DNA of 57,230 nucleotides, filler included, from Sphacelaria rigidula (taxonomy: Eukaryota), in NCBI GenBank assembly GCA_964200075.2. It is 5 parts of 5 records of this genome, joined end to end, with 100 filler letters (N's around TTAATTAATTAA, not from the genome) between each part and the next. Parts side by side here need not be neighbours in the genome. Positions count along the whole stretch, not along the records: positions 1 to 11,367 come from CAXNAA020005015.1; 4 more parts are not named here. One strand, written 5' to 3'. The notes beneath the pieces are model-generated. The model searched no databases. It had not been told where the DNA came from and was given only the letters and a program-made list of their open reading frames with translations. A program made the position numbers and the translations under genes. Shown here in pieces: positions 1 to 11,467 of the stretch (positions are counted from its first letter, which is position 1; every line of letters starts with the position of its first letter).

Positions 1-1776
1 CGATGACGATATCACCAGAGAGAGAAGCCACGACAGAAAGGAAGGTCCTCGCCCGCGTCTTTTGTGTGTCCTCGCTCGGCGATTACCAATCGCTTGAGGA
101 ACTGGCATCATCGATGTTATTACACCAGCATGTCCCAAAATTTTCATGTCCCGAAACACCAAGCTGCGGAGAGATTCCGTTGTCTCTTCTTGCCTGTCGC
201 CAACGCGAAGATCGATTTCTCTCTGCCTCTCCTTTTGGACAGGACGCTCCTCTGTGCGCTGAAAAACATGTAGTTGAAAAATAGGACAATGTTCCCGCCA
301 CCGCTACTACTGTTCTCTGTCACACACACGCCAGCAAGGGCGGTGCTGCAGCAATAACAGATATATCCAATTTGGACTTAGGGGGTGTTATTCATCGTTG
401 ATTTTCGCCGACCTCTCCCAACGGGGTGCCCGAGCAGACGAGCAGGAGAGCCTGCCACACGCCAGTTGAGGGCGGTGTATGAGATATGAAGCACTTGTAG
501 AAACCTTTTTGACATGCGGAGTGGAAAAAAGATACCTATGACGGTGACCTCACTGTTGCTAGCGTGGCGCATAGGCAATGTGCAGCGCGCTGGTCGCGTG
601 GACAGCTCGGTACAGTACGACGCCTCGGGTCCGGCTAAAGATGCGAAGATACCGTCGAAGAGCATTACTAACATTTTCTGAGATTGGGATCAGGCAGTCC
701 GTGGAAAACGAAACATAACTCGACAAGTTACTGTTCGTGTTAGAAAACAATGCGCATGAAACGCTTTGCAGGTTGGAAAATACGTATTTTCATGGTGAAG
801 AAACTCTCCGTACACCCATTAGTGTTGTATGCGGTTGTAAAACTCTACCGTCCTTCATTAATACCTGGCGGGCGGACGGGAAGCCGTCCTCCGTCAGGTC
901 TTGAGAGTCATTCAAATTAGGTGGATGTAGTTGAGAAAAATCAACTGTTGAGCTTTCATACCTGTCGCGAACTTCGGGTTTGCCTGCCGTACTACCGACA
1001 GCGTTGCGTGAAAGCCACAAGACCTTTGCTGTCGGCGGTTGATGGCGTGAGTCTCACATGCACCGAAAAGTGGTTGATTGTAGAGCGCTCTCGTCCCAGC
1101 TTGTAATGCATGATCTCCTCACATCGGAATAATTCTGGAAAGCTAGAAAGCTACTCGTACTGTACCGAGGTGTTCACGCGACCAGGGTGTGCTCCAGATT
1201 GCAGCATGGACGGACTCCTATGCGCCACACTAGCAACAGTTCGGTCTACACAATAGGTATCTTTTTTTCACTCCGCATATCGAGGAGGTCCTTACAAGTG
1301 TTTGATATCTCATACACCCCCATCAACTGGTGTGTGGCACGCTGTTCTCGTCGGGCACCCAGAGGGTCAGATGTGTGTAAAATCAACGATGAATAACACC
1401 CCCTAAGTTCAAAATGAATATATTTGTTATGGCCGCAGCACCGCCCTTGCTGGCACGTGTGTGACAGAGAACAGTAGTAGCGGTGACGGGAACATTGCCC
1501 TGTTTTTCAACGACATGTTTTTCCAGCGCACAGAGGCGCGTCCTGTCCAAAAGGAGAGGCAGAGAGAAATCCATCTTCGCATTGGTGAGCTCGACAGGCA
1601 ATTGTAAGAAGAGAGGAAATCTCCCCGCAGCTCGATGTTTCGGCACATGAAAAATTGGGCACATGCTGGTAACATCGATGATGCCAGTCTCTCGAGAGTT
1701 TGGTAATCGCCGAGCGAGGACACACAAAGGACACGGGCGAGGAGCTTCCTCTCTGTCGTTGGTGGTATCGTCATCG
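1..1776. repeat. Large diverged inverted repeat: arms ~1-575 and ~1217-1776, spacer ~640 bp
   Basis: 1-575 aligns by eye to the reverse complement of 1217-1776. Examples: tcctcgctcggcgattacca vs tggtaatcgccgagcgagga; cactgttgctagcgtggcgcatagg vs cctatgcgccacactagcaacagt. The left arm is cut by the contig start. Confidence 0.9.
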
Positions 1777-2019
1777 ACACGCGTGTACACCGCATACGTT
1801 AGGTGCACCTAGCCACAGCTGCTTAACTGCTGCGGACATTTGGGGGGGAAGATGGCCTCGCTCGATCGTAGGTGTTTCGCGTCATCCCTGCGAAAAAAGA
1901 AATGCCACTTCAACCTAATTTTTGTGATGGACCCCATTTTCCAGGATCCACTGTTAGTAGCTTATTTAAGCCCGAAAACCCCAAATTAAGCTAAACCTTC
2001 AACTACTTCCGGTACATGT

Positions 2020-2170
2020 CTGTCGGGACATCAGGACATCATCCGGGGTCACACAGGAGGAAGGACAACACAGCAGGACATCTTATTCCTATTTTCCTTT
2101 AGTACCTCACCACCCTTCTGGGGTGCTGACCTTATTTTCATCGCGGGAGGGGTTCAGTGGTCCCTTACTC
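2020..2170 (-). mobile_element. Partial copy (body only, no tRNA head) of the tRNA-derived SINE
   Basis: ccggggtcacacaggaggaagg...tagtacctcacc...atcgcgggaggggttcag matches the body of the copies at ~3920, ~28440 and ~31925. Confidence 0.75.
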
Positions 2171-3919
2171 TGATGCCTCGTCGATTTGCCTGTTCCAGTT
2201 TCAAGTTTCGAAGAGCATCTGTACAACAAGTAATCATTGACGCCATTTCCTCTCGTTTATTAGAATTGGTGTCACCAGCTACTACTGTGCTGTACGTTCG
2301 ACAGATGTTGCACGGGTGCTGAGGTGTGAAATTAATCCTTGTAGTTACCGGCAATCGGTGCGTTTGAGCGTACCAATCACCCACCACCCACGAAACACAC
2401 GACAGCAACGGCGCCTAATTTACCTGTGCTTCAATGATTTTGAGGCGTTTTCCCTTGCTCATCAGGTCAGACCGGTCACCAGTGAACCGGTCAAACCGGC
2501 TGAAAAAAGCCGTTTAACCGGGTTTTTTATTCTGAGAATAACGCCTCCTACTCGGTAACCGTCTTTTTTTGCTAGCGCTGCCCACCTCACAATTCTTGCG
2601 AGTTGTCCTCGTTAAGGGGTGAAGAGCGGAAATTGTGTGTCGAAGATGAGTTTTTGCGTACGAATCACGGGGAAATGCACGTTCGACGTGGTATTGCACT
2701 ATTAAAGAGCGGGGTTATATGTATATGTACCATTTCACATTTTTCATCACTTTTGCCGGGTTTTCTCTGGCGGCAAGGCAATTTTTCCCTCGCTTTCTTG
2801 TGTAGCGCACTGAGAAGCCTCAGCGGCACATTACCGTTCAGGTTTGGGTGTCATCTGATACGTTTGGCGCGTGCTCTGGCCACCGAAAGTTGCTCTAACT
2901 GGCTCTTTTTCGCGGGGTGTCGATCCCGAACCACAAAGGCCTTTCCAAGATCATGGAAAACTTGAAACAAGAACCCGAACCACAAAAAAAGCCTGTTGAA
3001 GATCATGGAAATCTTCAAACAGGATTATTTTCGGCGGGGGAGCTCCCCTCCGTGTTTCTCTTTGTCGCGTTTGCGTTCATTTGGGAGCATGAACACACCG
3101 GTTATGCCGCCGGTGTCACGAGAACATGAGAGCAAAACAATTGAAAACAATTGAACATTGCCTTGGCCTTAGTCAGCAGCGAACACAAGGCCGTGCAATG
3201 GGTCGTTGGCGAGTTGAACAAGGCACAGCAGCACAGCAGCACGGCAGCACAGGAATATTTCACACGTCGGACGGGTCAGCTCGTGACAGATCCGGGTCAG
3301 CTCATTTGGGGCATATATCATGATCTGTCCGAGATGTGCTGTCACGCGTGCACGTTTGTCCGACGCTGATCCGTAGAACCCACTTGACACGTACATATTT
3401 ACAGAGCGACGCGCTGTACGATCCGCTGTGCACAAACTTTCGTGTACAACTGATCTGAAGAACTGTCATCTGTACAACATCACATACTTGTGATTTATAT
3501 CATTCAGGTCATGCAAGCACAGTAGCTTGTCGTCGACCCGCGCGATTTGAATATCATATACACGAAAAGCTACATTTCACCTGTGGAACCCGGATCTAGA
3601 ATCTACAGTAGTATACAAGAAACACTTTCCCGCACTCGTAAGATCTGGATCAAGTATGCGAGAAAAAAGTATTCAGCTCCCTCACCTGTTAACCTGTAGC
3701 AACCCGGGTACATGGAACATGAAGTACGTCTATTTTATTCCGAGTGGCGCCACGGTGGGGGTGCATTTTTCTCCCGAAGATGTGCACTGTCGGTGCATCC
3801 GAATGAAGTATACAATAAACAGGATTCGGTATTCCTCACCTGCCAACCCATATGGCCCTGGTACAATGTGCATGTTCACAAGTCCGTATGTTGACTGTTG
3901 ACTGTAGCACCTACATGAA

Positions 3920-4276
3920 GTGTGCGTGTCTATGCGTGTGTGGTGTCGTCGTCCCATCTATTCTGGACGCCGGTCTCCACCTTTCGGTATATGTGGGCGC
4001 ACCAGCCGGGGTCATACAGGAGGAAGGTCAATACAGGAGCATTTGTTTTCTAGTACCTCACCTTCCTTCTGCGGTGCTTGCCTTTTTTTTATCGCGAGAG
4101 GGGTTCAGCAATACTTTTAACTCGTCGACCGTTAAGTCGAATTTCGTGTACCCACGACATAGTCGCTCTCCACCGTTGCGCATGGTGTGAGAAAAATCCT
4201 AGATCGCTCCGAGAATTGAACCCACGACACAACCGTCAGAAGGTTCCGAGGTTACCAACTGAGCCACCGGGGCCGG
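3920..4276 (-). mobile_element. tRNA-derived SINE
   Basis: Minus-strand head ccggtggctcagttggtaac...gtgggttcaattctc has an A box (TGGCTCAGTTGG), an AACC/GGTT stem-loop and a B box (GGTTCAATTC). It is followed by a conserved body and a (CA)-rich tail. Confidence 0.85.
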
Positions 4277-4617
4277 TAATCATGAAGTACATATATTTAT
4301 TGGCGCACGCATACATGGCGTTATGACCGATCTTTATGGCCCGTGTGATTCGTATATATCTGTCTGATGATGATCTGTATGACCCGAGTATCCGTACAAA
4401 CCTGCCACGAGTGATTTGTATGATGTATTAATCCGTACATCACCTCCTTGGGCACACCTATGTAATCCGAATCAGGTATACACGAAACGTCAAGAAGAAT
4501 CTGTGTATCCTTATAACCCGTACAAGATACCTCCCTCCTGATCAGTGATATCCGGATCATGAGGACCGTTCTGTTATGTGATGGAGAACGCTCGTCGAGT
4601 AGGTGGATCGTGTTACT

Positions 4618-5767
4618 TCACGGCTCCACCGTCAAGCAGTCGCAATAGCCAACACGTGTTACAGCCGTCGCAGCAGTAGGAGATGCACCAGACACGAATC
4701 CTGCCTGGCCAAGGGGTTGCGAACTATTCGCTTCAGCACTCCCCACCGAAGTATTTGCATTTCCCACGTACACTGTCCGCCCCGACACGGATGAACCATA
4801 AGATCCAGAGTCACAACCTGATGACGTAGTGGAAGAAACAGCAGCGGAAGAACCACCATCCACCGCCGATTGCTTGCTACCGCGACCGTCGCGCCCGCGT
4901 CCATGGTTGGCACGGCCCCGTCCACCGTGACGACCGCCTCGAGATCCTGATGAACCTCGCGCATTGCCCTGAGCAGCGCCTTGAGAGCGAGGCTTGGGGC
5001 AGTCCTTAATCAGGTGTCCGTTGTCGCCGCAGTTGTAACACGCGCGAGTGGACGACGCTAGCGAAGACAGCTGCTGTTTCCGGTGCTCTTGTTTGCGGCG
5101 TGCACCACCTGCACTTGCCGCAGAATCGCGCCGGCCATGCGCCTCAATGAACTTCCAGTGGTCGGCGGCATCAAATATTTTGTTTAACACAACCGTCGGT
5201 TTCTTTTTCCAGCCGTCTACATACGTTGGTACGCTTTAACACACGCCTTGGATTCCGGAGACGAAATCCCGTCTACCAAAGATGTGAAACCGACTCGGCC
5301 GGGCCTGGCAACCAGCTCCTGTCCTCCGCACGGTACATGGCTTACACCGTGAGGTGTTCAGCGAAAAATGTTTTCATCGATGAGTTGACCGTGATCGCTC
5401 TATCCTTGACGGATGTTCCACCGCTTTGCTGCATAGTAAGACGTCTACGCAGGTCTTCTGCAGCCCGTATAGTGTCATGCTTGCCGCCGGTTGTGGTGTA
5501 CCCGGTATACTAGCAATTCGTCGGAGGTCATAGCCCAAAGGTCCTTGCACATGCCTTCAAAGCACCGAGCAATGTACGTAGGGATGAGTTGACCTATGCT
5601 CACCCTAGCATGCCTTACAACTCCTTGAACATATGCAAGGCACAACCTCTCTATGTAGTCGAGATATGCTGCGTAGAAAACTCTTGATGCTTCCTCGGTC
5701 CACACTTCGCCATACTTTGGTCTAGCGGCTTACATAAGACCAGCGGCGCTGCCGCCGCTTCAGCCAT
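4618..5767 (-). pseudogene. Retroelement gag-like remnant with CCHC zinc knuckle
   Basis: Frameshifted ORFs 5705-5475 and 5190-4618, putative ATG at 5767. Contains CYNCGDNGHLIKDC (CX2CX4HX4C) followed by an RGG-rich tract. No pol seen. Confidence 0.75.
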
Positions 5768-7730
5768 GTCGTCTGGGATTCAAACACTTCACGGAGAGAC
5801 TCACTCTTGCCTTACTTGTGCGTCCTCCAGCCCACGAAGCGTCCTCCACTGCCGTGCGTTTCAAGTTGGCTTTAAGTTGGTCTCCTTCCGACTGCGGGCC
5901 AAACTGGCTTCCAGCTGCGGCCCCTCTCCTCAGCCAAACTCCGCCAACAGAGTGCCGAAAAGAATATCTGGATGTTGTAGCCTCTGCCAGACGATCTGGA
6001 CAAGAGGACTTTCAACGAGGGACTCCTCCTGTATCACTGGCCTCGTGCTCAACAAGTTCTTTCTTCTAACTTCTTATTATCACGGAGTGATCCTCAACAA
6101 ATCACGAGCCAGACAGCAAGGGGCAACACAGAAAAGGGCCATCGATCCAGGATTCTCTGTCCCCTGCCACTGCTCCAACCATGCATGCGATTATACTAAA
6201 ACCTACGGCTTGGTATCATTTGGCTACAAGTCGCAGCGGGCGGAGGCTGTAGACGCGGTACGGCGAACATGGCGGTCGCAATACAATCAACACTACAGAC
6301 GAAGAGGACAGCACAATTCGGTCACCATGATGCTGTCTGCTACAGTACAGGCCATGGTTTTTACCTTGGGTCCCTTAAGTGGCTGTGTACACAAGCGGCG
6401 GAGCTTTCCTCAGCAGAAATGCCTGAGCGTATCATATTTGCACATGCGTACGCATCGAGGCAAAGTTACTCCGCGACCGATTCGGATCTACCCCCCGACT
6501 TTTCCCCCCGAGACCCTTCTGGCTGTGATTATTTTTAACTTGGAATTACTGGGGACGGTGCGTTGCTCAGGACATACTGCACTCCATCGAGGCATCGGTT
6601 TTCTCCGGGCGGTTCTCCACGGTTACGCGCGTGATTCGAGCGCCGATTGTTGCGTTGGGTGCTTATAACTCCAATGCATTGTACTGCAGCCTCCATTTCA
6701 GGGCACGTTCCGCGGTCAAATCAGTATGCCGGGAACTATATTCAAATTATTTGCTTTTTTCAGGTTTAGGGTGTACGCCTTCAAAGCTTGGGGATAAGGC
6801 CGATGCCATTGGCTGCGTGTAGATGACCAGCAACAGGATGTAGGGTGTGAGCAGGGAGGGTGTTGCCTGCGCGCGCGATCAGACCGTCAAGAGGATTGTA
6901 AAAACAAGTGTATTTGGGCGCAGAATCCCAGGACAAAGAACGAAAGGGGAATTTTTGTCTTCGGTCATCGTGATTTCCTCGAACAGCCCATTCACTTTTT
7001 TTGCCCCAATTACCATGCCTAAGTGTATCATCCGAATCGGATGCACAGGTGTGTTCACACTTGAGCGGTATGACCTGCGTCCTATAAAAAGTGATCCGTC
7101 CGACGTGTGGAACATTTTGCCGCAAAAACGATCACCCTGCTTTCAAAGAAGGCCCGGTGATGTGAAAGCCACAGTGATGTATAAAGAACATGACGAGAAT
7201 GTCCCACGCATTCCAATTTTTCGGGAGTGCCTCCCGCTGTCATCATGTCTTTGTGGCACGAGAGCTACTTCGGACTCTGGCACCTCGGAAATACCACACA
7301 TGTTCTACGCAGGCAGTTCCGCCGTCGGCCTTCGTCCGAATTCCCATATTTCCGAACAACATCCGATAACACATGCGATGTTTTGTACAGCCACGGTCAC
7401 TACTGTACACTGAGATACAGCAGGCTCCCTTAGCAATATATTTTCGACTTGCGTCACCCCCGGGAGGCCCGTGCCAACCTCTCGCAGGGGAACCTTGTAT
7501 AATAATATAACTTCCAGTCAGTTCCGTACGAAAAGCGAGTTTTCGTGAAATTGAGAGTTCAGCGTTGATTGATAGTGAGTTTTATTATTTGCTCTAAATT
7601 GGAAATTTTTCATTTCGTGTGTACTTCTCTTTGTCTGTAACACGGGCGTGTGCTTGCAGCTACACATCGATTTTTTCCTCAGGGGCATTAAAGGCTTCAG
7701 TTAGTGGCAAGCTACTACAGAAAATGTATC

Positions 7731-8500
7731 GGGCCTCGTGGAGGAGCGTTTCGGAACTAAAAAAAAAACGTTAACTGGCCGCTTCTCCCTCTCGATCGTA
7801 TCCCAGACTCTCACTATCACGAAAACATTGTGTGACATTTGATTCATGTGCATGGGCTAGCTCTACGAGGTACGCATGTATAGGTGGGAAGATGCGTCCG
7901 TTTGATTCATCCCGTATGAATCACATGGGAGATGTTTGTCAGCGTTGACTCGTGCCACGCATGCGGCACTCACTGAATGTGAAAAAAATGATCATGATGC
8001 GGTATGAATCACAACAGGTAGGACGGGGTGTTCGCCAGGTGGAGAGTCTAGTGTTTGATTGAGGAGGGGAACCCAAAAAATAGGAAATTCTGATCCATTC
8101 ATCGACTATGACTGGTATTTCCCTGGGAATACTCCGCCGGGCCAGGCGAGGAGCGGCTCCAATGAATGCTCTTAGCCATGGGATGAATCCAATATATGCT
8201 TTGCAAGGATTCCCGCGGCTTACGCCGCCACGCTCAGTGGATCGAATTCCAAGATACCTGAGCACCGGTGGTTGTTATCTGCGTCGCGTAATGGCACATG
8301 GCATAGTTTTGAGGAGAAGCCGTATCTGCTCATCAGCTGAGTAGGTTATGCGTGATCTTGCATAGTTGTTTTCAGACTTTAATGAAAAACAACCAAATTT
8401 TCGTGAGATTGGGAGTCTACGATAAGATTGAGAGTGAGAATAAGCGGTCAATCAATGAATAAAACAATTTCAACTCCGAATTGCTGTAATGGTCGAGCCA
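7731..8500. repeat. Inverted pair of a ~100-bp dispersed repeat (7731-7827 and ~8398-8500); third copy at 22717-22816
   Basis: Shared motif ttttcgtgagattg(a/g)gagt...att/tcgagag...aagcggtca. 7731-7760 is the reverse complement of 22785-22816. Confidence 0.7.
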
Positions 8501-9031
8501 CGAGGTGTGTGGACATCACTCTCAAGGAACACACAAAGTCGGGGGTTGCGATATGCAAGCGGCCGGCCGATATAAGAATTGCAGTCGAGTGGTGCAACAC
8601 TCTAGCACGTGACTCCCAGACCATTGAGTCCGACTCAGCACTGTATCATACAAAACACAGACTCACTTATACGTGGAGAGAAGTGTTCTTGACTTGCTTG
8701 CAAGCGAGATACCTCCTAGTGGGTGGCCGATAGCTCTGTTATTAGACGTTGCTACTTGGTAGCCTAGCAATAATCATACCTGACTCTTCACAAGTAGTCA
8801 ACAGCCTATATATGTATTCATACCTCCAGGTGGGCACCACACACAACTGCTGGCTATGTGTACTCTACGCACGAATGTACGCGGATTTCAGTCTCGTGAT
8901 ATTTCGCTCTCTAGTATTGGTAGTGGGTCAATAGCACTTGCCTCCAGCCTACAAAACACTTTGTACAATGCGCCGGCTGTAACTTCATGATGAGGACGTT
9001 TGTGCTGAAAGATCTCCGAACCGAAATATTT

Positions 9032-9688
9032 CACATCCTTCACAACTATAATAGTTGATAGTTGTTTCTAAACAACTAACTGTTCAGAATTGTGTGCAAC
9101 TAGTTGTTTCCAAGCAGCTCATCTGTCAGAACATGATTCCACTCCGGCATGGTTCGTGGGAGGTATCTCGGACTCTAGTTTCCCCGCATATTTGAGTGAT
9201 TTTTATGTCGAGTATACCTGAGACCTCGAGTTTGAGATACTTTTGTACGGGTGGTGCTGCAGTTGTTACACCCCAGTCCTCCTTAGATTTCTCCCTGACT
9301 TGCGGCAGTTGTTGTGTACAGCAGTCTCATATCTGTTGCGCGTGTTCAGACTAAATTTGTTTGAATTTCCTTGTCACTCTGCATCTTGTGCAAGAGTAGT
9401 GGCATACTTTCACACCCTGTACAACTACAATAGTTGGTGGTTGTTTCTCAAACAACCAAGTGTTCAGAATCGTGTGCAACTAGTTGTTCCAAACAACTGA
9501 TCTTCCAGAATCGCCTGCAACTAGTTGTTTTCAAACAACTCATCTCTCAGAATCGCGTGCAACTAGTTGTTTCCAAACAACTCATCTCTCAGAATCGTGT
9601 GCAACTAGTTGTTTGGAAACAGCTAGCCGGTAGTTGGTCGACAAACAAGTAACTTAAGTAGTTGTTAGTTATAGTTGTACAGGGTGTG
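9032..9688. mobile_element. MITE-like element with 8-bp TSD and internal 42-bp palindromic tandem repeats
   Basis: Exact TSD aaatattt at 9024-9031 and 9689-9696. Ends: cacatccttcacaactata and tatagttgtacagggtgtg. A second, better-matching left end cacaccctgtacaacta lies at 9411. Units are aaacaactcatctctcagaatcg(c/t)gtgcaactagttgtttcc. Confidence 0.85.
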
Positions 9689-11367
9689 AAATATTTCAAA
9701 ATTCATTTTTTTAGCTCTCGTACACGGCAGCCGGCTCTCTGCAGTACACCGTCAGGGTGATCAAGGGGGTACATGGGGTACTCAGCCATGCGCGGGTGCG
9801 CTCACAGGTGTGCGTAAAAGGGTGAACAACAGGACGTACCTGTGGCGTCGTGTTGGCACGGAAGGTATCGAGCATACGCTACAGCCAGATGTCTCAGCTC
9901 CGTTCTGCCGTAACAATGCCGCTCCGGGCCTTACACAACGCCCGATACGCTTCATGTAGTCGCTTTCCATTGAAGCCTTTGACATCCCTGAGGAGGATAT
10001 CGACGTGTAGCTCTAAGCAGACGGCAGTGTTACAGGCAAAGAACAGCACACACCGAATGAAAAATTGGCCAAGGTTGGGCGAATAACAAGACTCACGCTC
10101 AGTCAACGCTGGACTCTTGATCTCAAGAAAACATTTTTGTTGTCAAACGTTTTTCGTGAGAGAGTGATGCTACGATGGGGGGGGGGGAGCGTACTCATTT
10201 GTTGCTTGCCTTAGTCAGTTGACCATTGACCATTGCTACGATGGGGGGGGGGGGGGGTATTTGGTCATTCATTCCATGGAATTCCACGTCAAATCGCAAT
10301 TGAAAGTAGGAACGTTTGTTTGAATGCGCTTGTTATACGAATGAGACACACTCAGCCATGCCACCTGACACCGTTTTCACTCAAATACAAACTCACCGCG
10401 AGTAGTCAAGTCGTCTGACACACCTGTGAGCCCTTGTTTCTCGTGGGGTCAAACATCGTTCCCCCCTATCTTAGCATCACTCGTCAGACGCACGGACAGC
10501 ACGCGCACATACAGCTGGCGGTCAGAGGGTTAACATTCCGAAGAGTGAGTTGTAGGATATATAAACCGAAAGCAAACAAACACCGACATGCCATTCTTTG
10601 GAATCGCGGCGGGTTAATAACCTACACCCGCACTCAACGAATTGATCGATAAAACATTTTTGGGTAGTAGAGACCATCATTACCTTGCCATGTAATAATG
10701 TCACAAGCTAACAACAACTGCAAACCAACAACCAACTCTTCACCTACACAGCTGACACTACAAGAGGACAACTCGACACTTGTGCCGTTGACAAGTGAAT
10801 TGCCACATGCTCGCCGAACTGCGACGATTGATAACTTGTGCGGAAAGTTGAATTCCCACCTCCTCGCCCCATCCTTCCGTACCTTTTTATTTGCAGCGAA
10901 TGAGTGCTGCCACGGTAGGAGTGAACAAAAACTCCTCTGGCTCTTCAATTTGGTAGCCTCTCAGTGAGAAACAGTTCGGTCCAAGTGTACAACCTCAGAC
11001 ATCTTGTTGCCTGAAAAGTGAACCCCGACCGTGGCACCACTTGAATTGAAGTGCTACACTACTGATTGTCCAGCACATGAAATAACTATCAGTCCAATGG
11101 TTTGAAAGCTGACCCCCTCCCACGCCCTGCAGTGCCTCTGACCTTCTCGAGATGCTACATGAATCAGTGGTCGGGGGATGTGCCAAATTGATTCATCCTG
11201 TACGAATCACGAATGGAAAACATGTACGTTTGATTCGTGCTCCGTGGATCAGATCATACTCTTAAGTCAGATCACACCCTTAAGTCATATCACACGTGTA
11301 CTCATGATCATGCATGCCAAAGTCATAAAGACCATTGACCTCGCATCCCTACAATGCCGGGACGGAG

Positions 11368-11467
11368 NNNNNNNNNNNNNNNNNNNNNNNNNNNNNNNNN
11401 NNNNNNNNNNNTTAATTAATTAANNNNNNNNNNNNNNNNNNNNNNNNNNNNNNNNNNNNNNNNNNNN
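11368..11467. other. Artificial contig-joining spacer
   Basis: N44-TTAATTAATTAA-N44; the 12-mer has stops in all six frames. Confidence 0.98.

Larger units (their letters stand above)
3261..7109. mobile_element. Non-autonomous TIR DNA transposon (hAT/P-like, 8-bp TSD) carrying cargo
   Basis: TIRs: cacacgtcggacgggtca (3261-3278) and tgatccgtccgacgtgtg (7092-7109), 17/18 match. TSD: gaatattt (3253-3260) and gaacattt (7110-7117). Empty site in the 34-kb paralogue. Many subterminal GATCCG/GATCTG motifs. Confidence 0.88.
3023..7497 (+). mobile_element. Dispersed repeat (putative DNA transposon with a CAAGG terminus) split into 3023-3260 and 7110-7497 by a 3.85-kb insertion
   Basis: The two pieces together match the reverse complement of the uninterrupted copy at 33695-34300. 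Both copies end in ...ggggaaccttg followed by TA-rich flank. Confidence 0.85.

Noticed and set aside
4200..4276. Functional tRNA genes (also ~28740-28812 and ~32225-32298)
   Set aside because: No good acceptor stem, and each is fused to the same repeat body, so these are SINE heads.
6211..6218. tggtatca as a tRNA-Met primer-binding site
   Set aside because: Only 8 nt, not followed by gagc, and on the strand opposite the gag fragment.
5766..6668. 300-aa ORF on the + strand
   Set aside because: No recognisable motifs and non-protein-like composition; it lies inside a transposon.
9894..10106. YSPNL as a Tc1 YSPDL transposase motif
   Set aside because: A single short match with no other DDE motifs or TIRs.
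11412..11423. TTAATTAATTAA as a biological motif
   Set aside because: Synthetic six-frame stop linker repeated identically in all four spacers.
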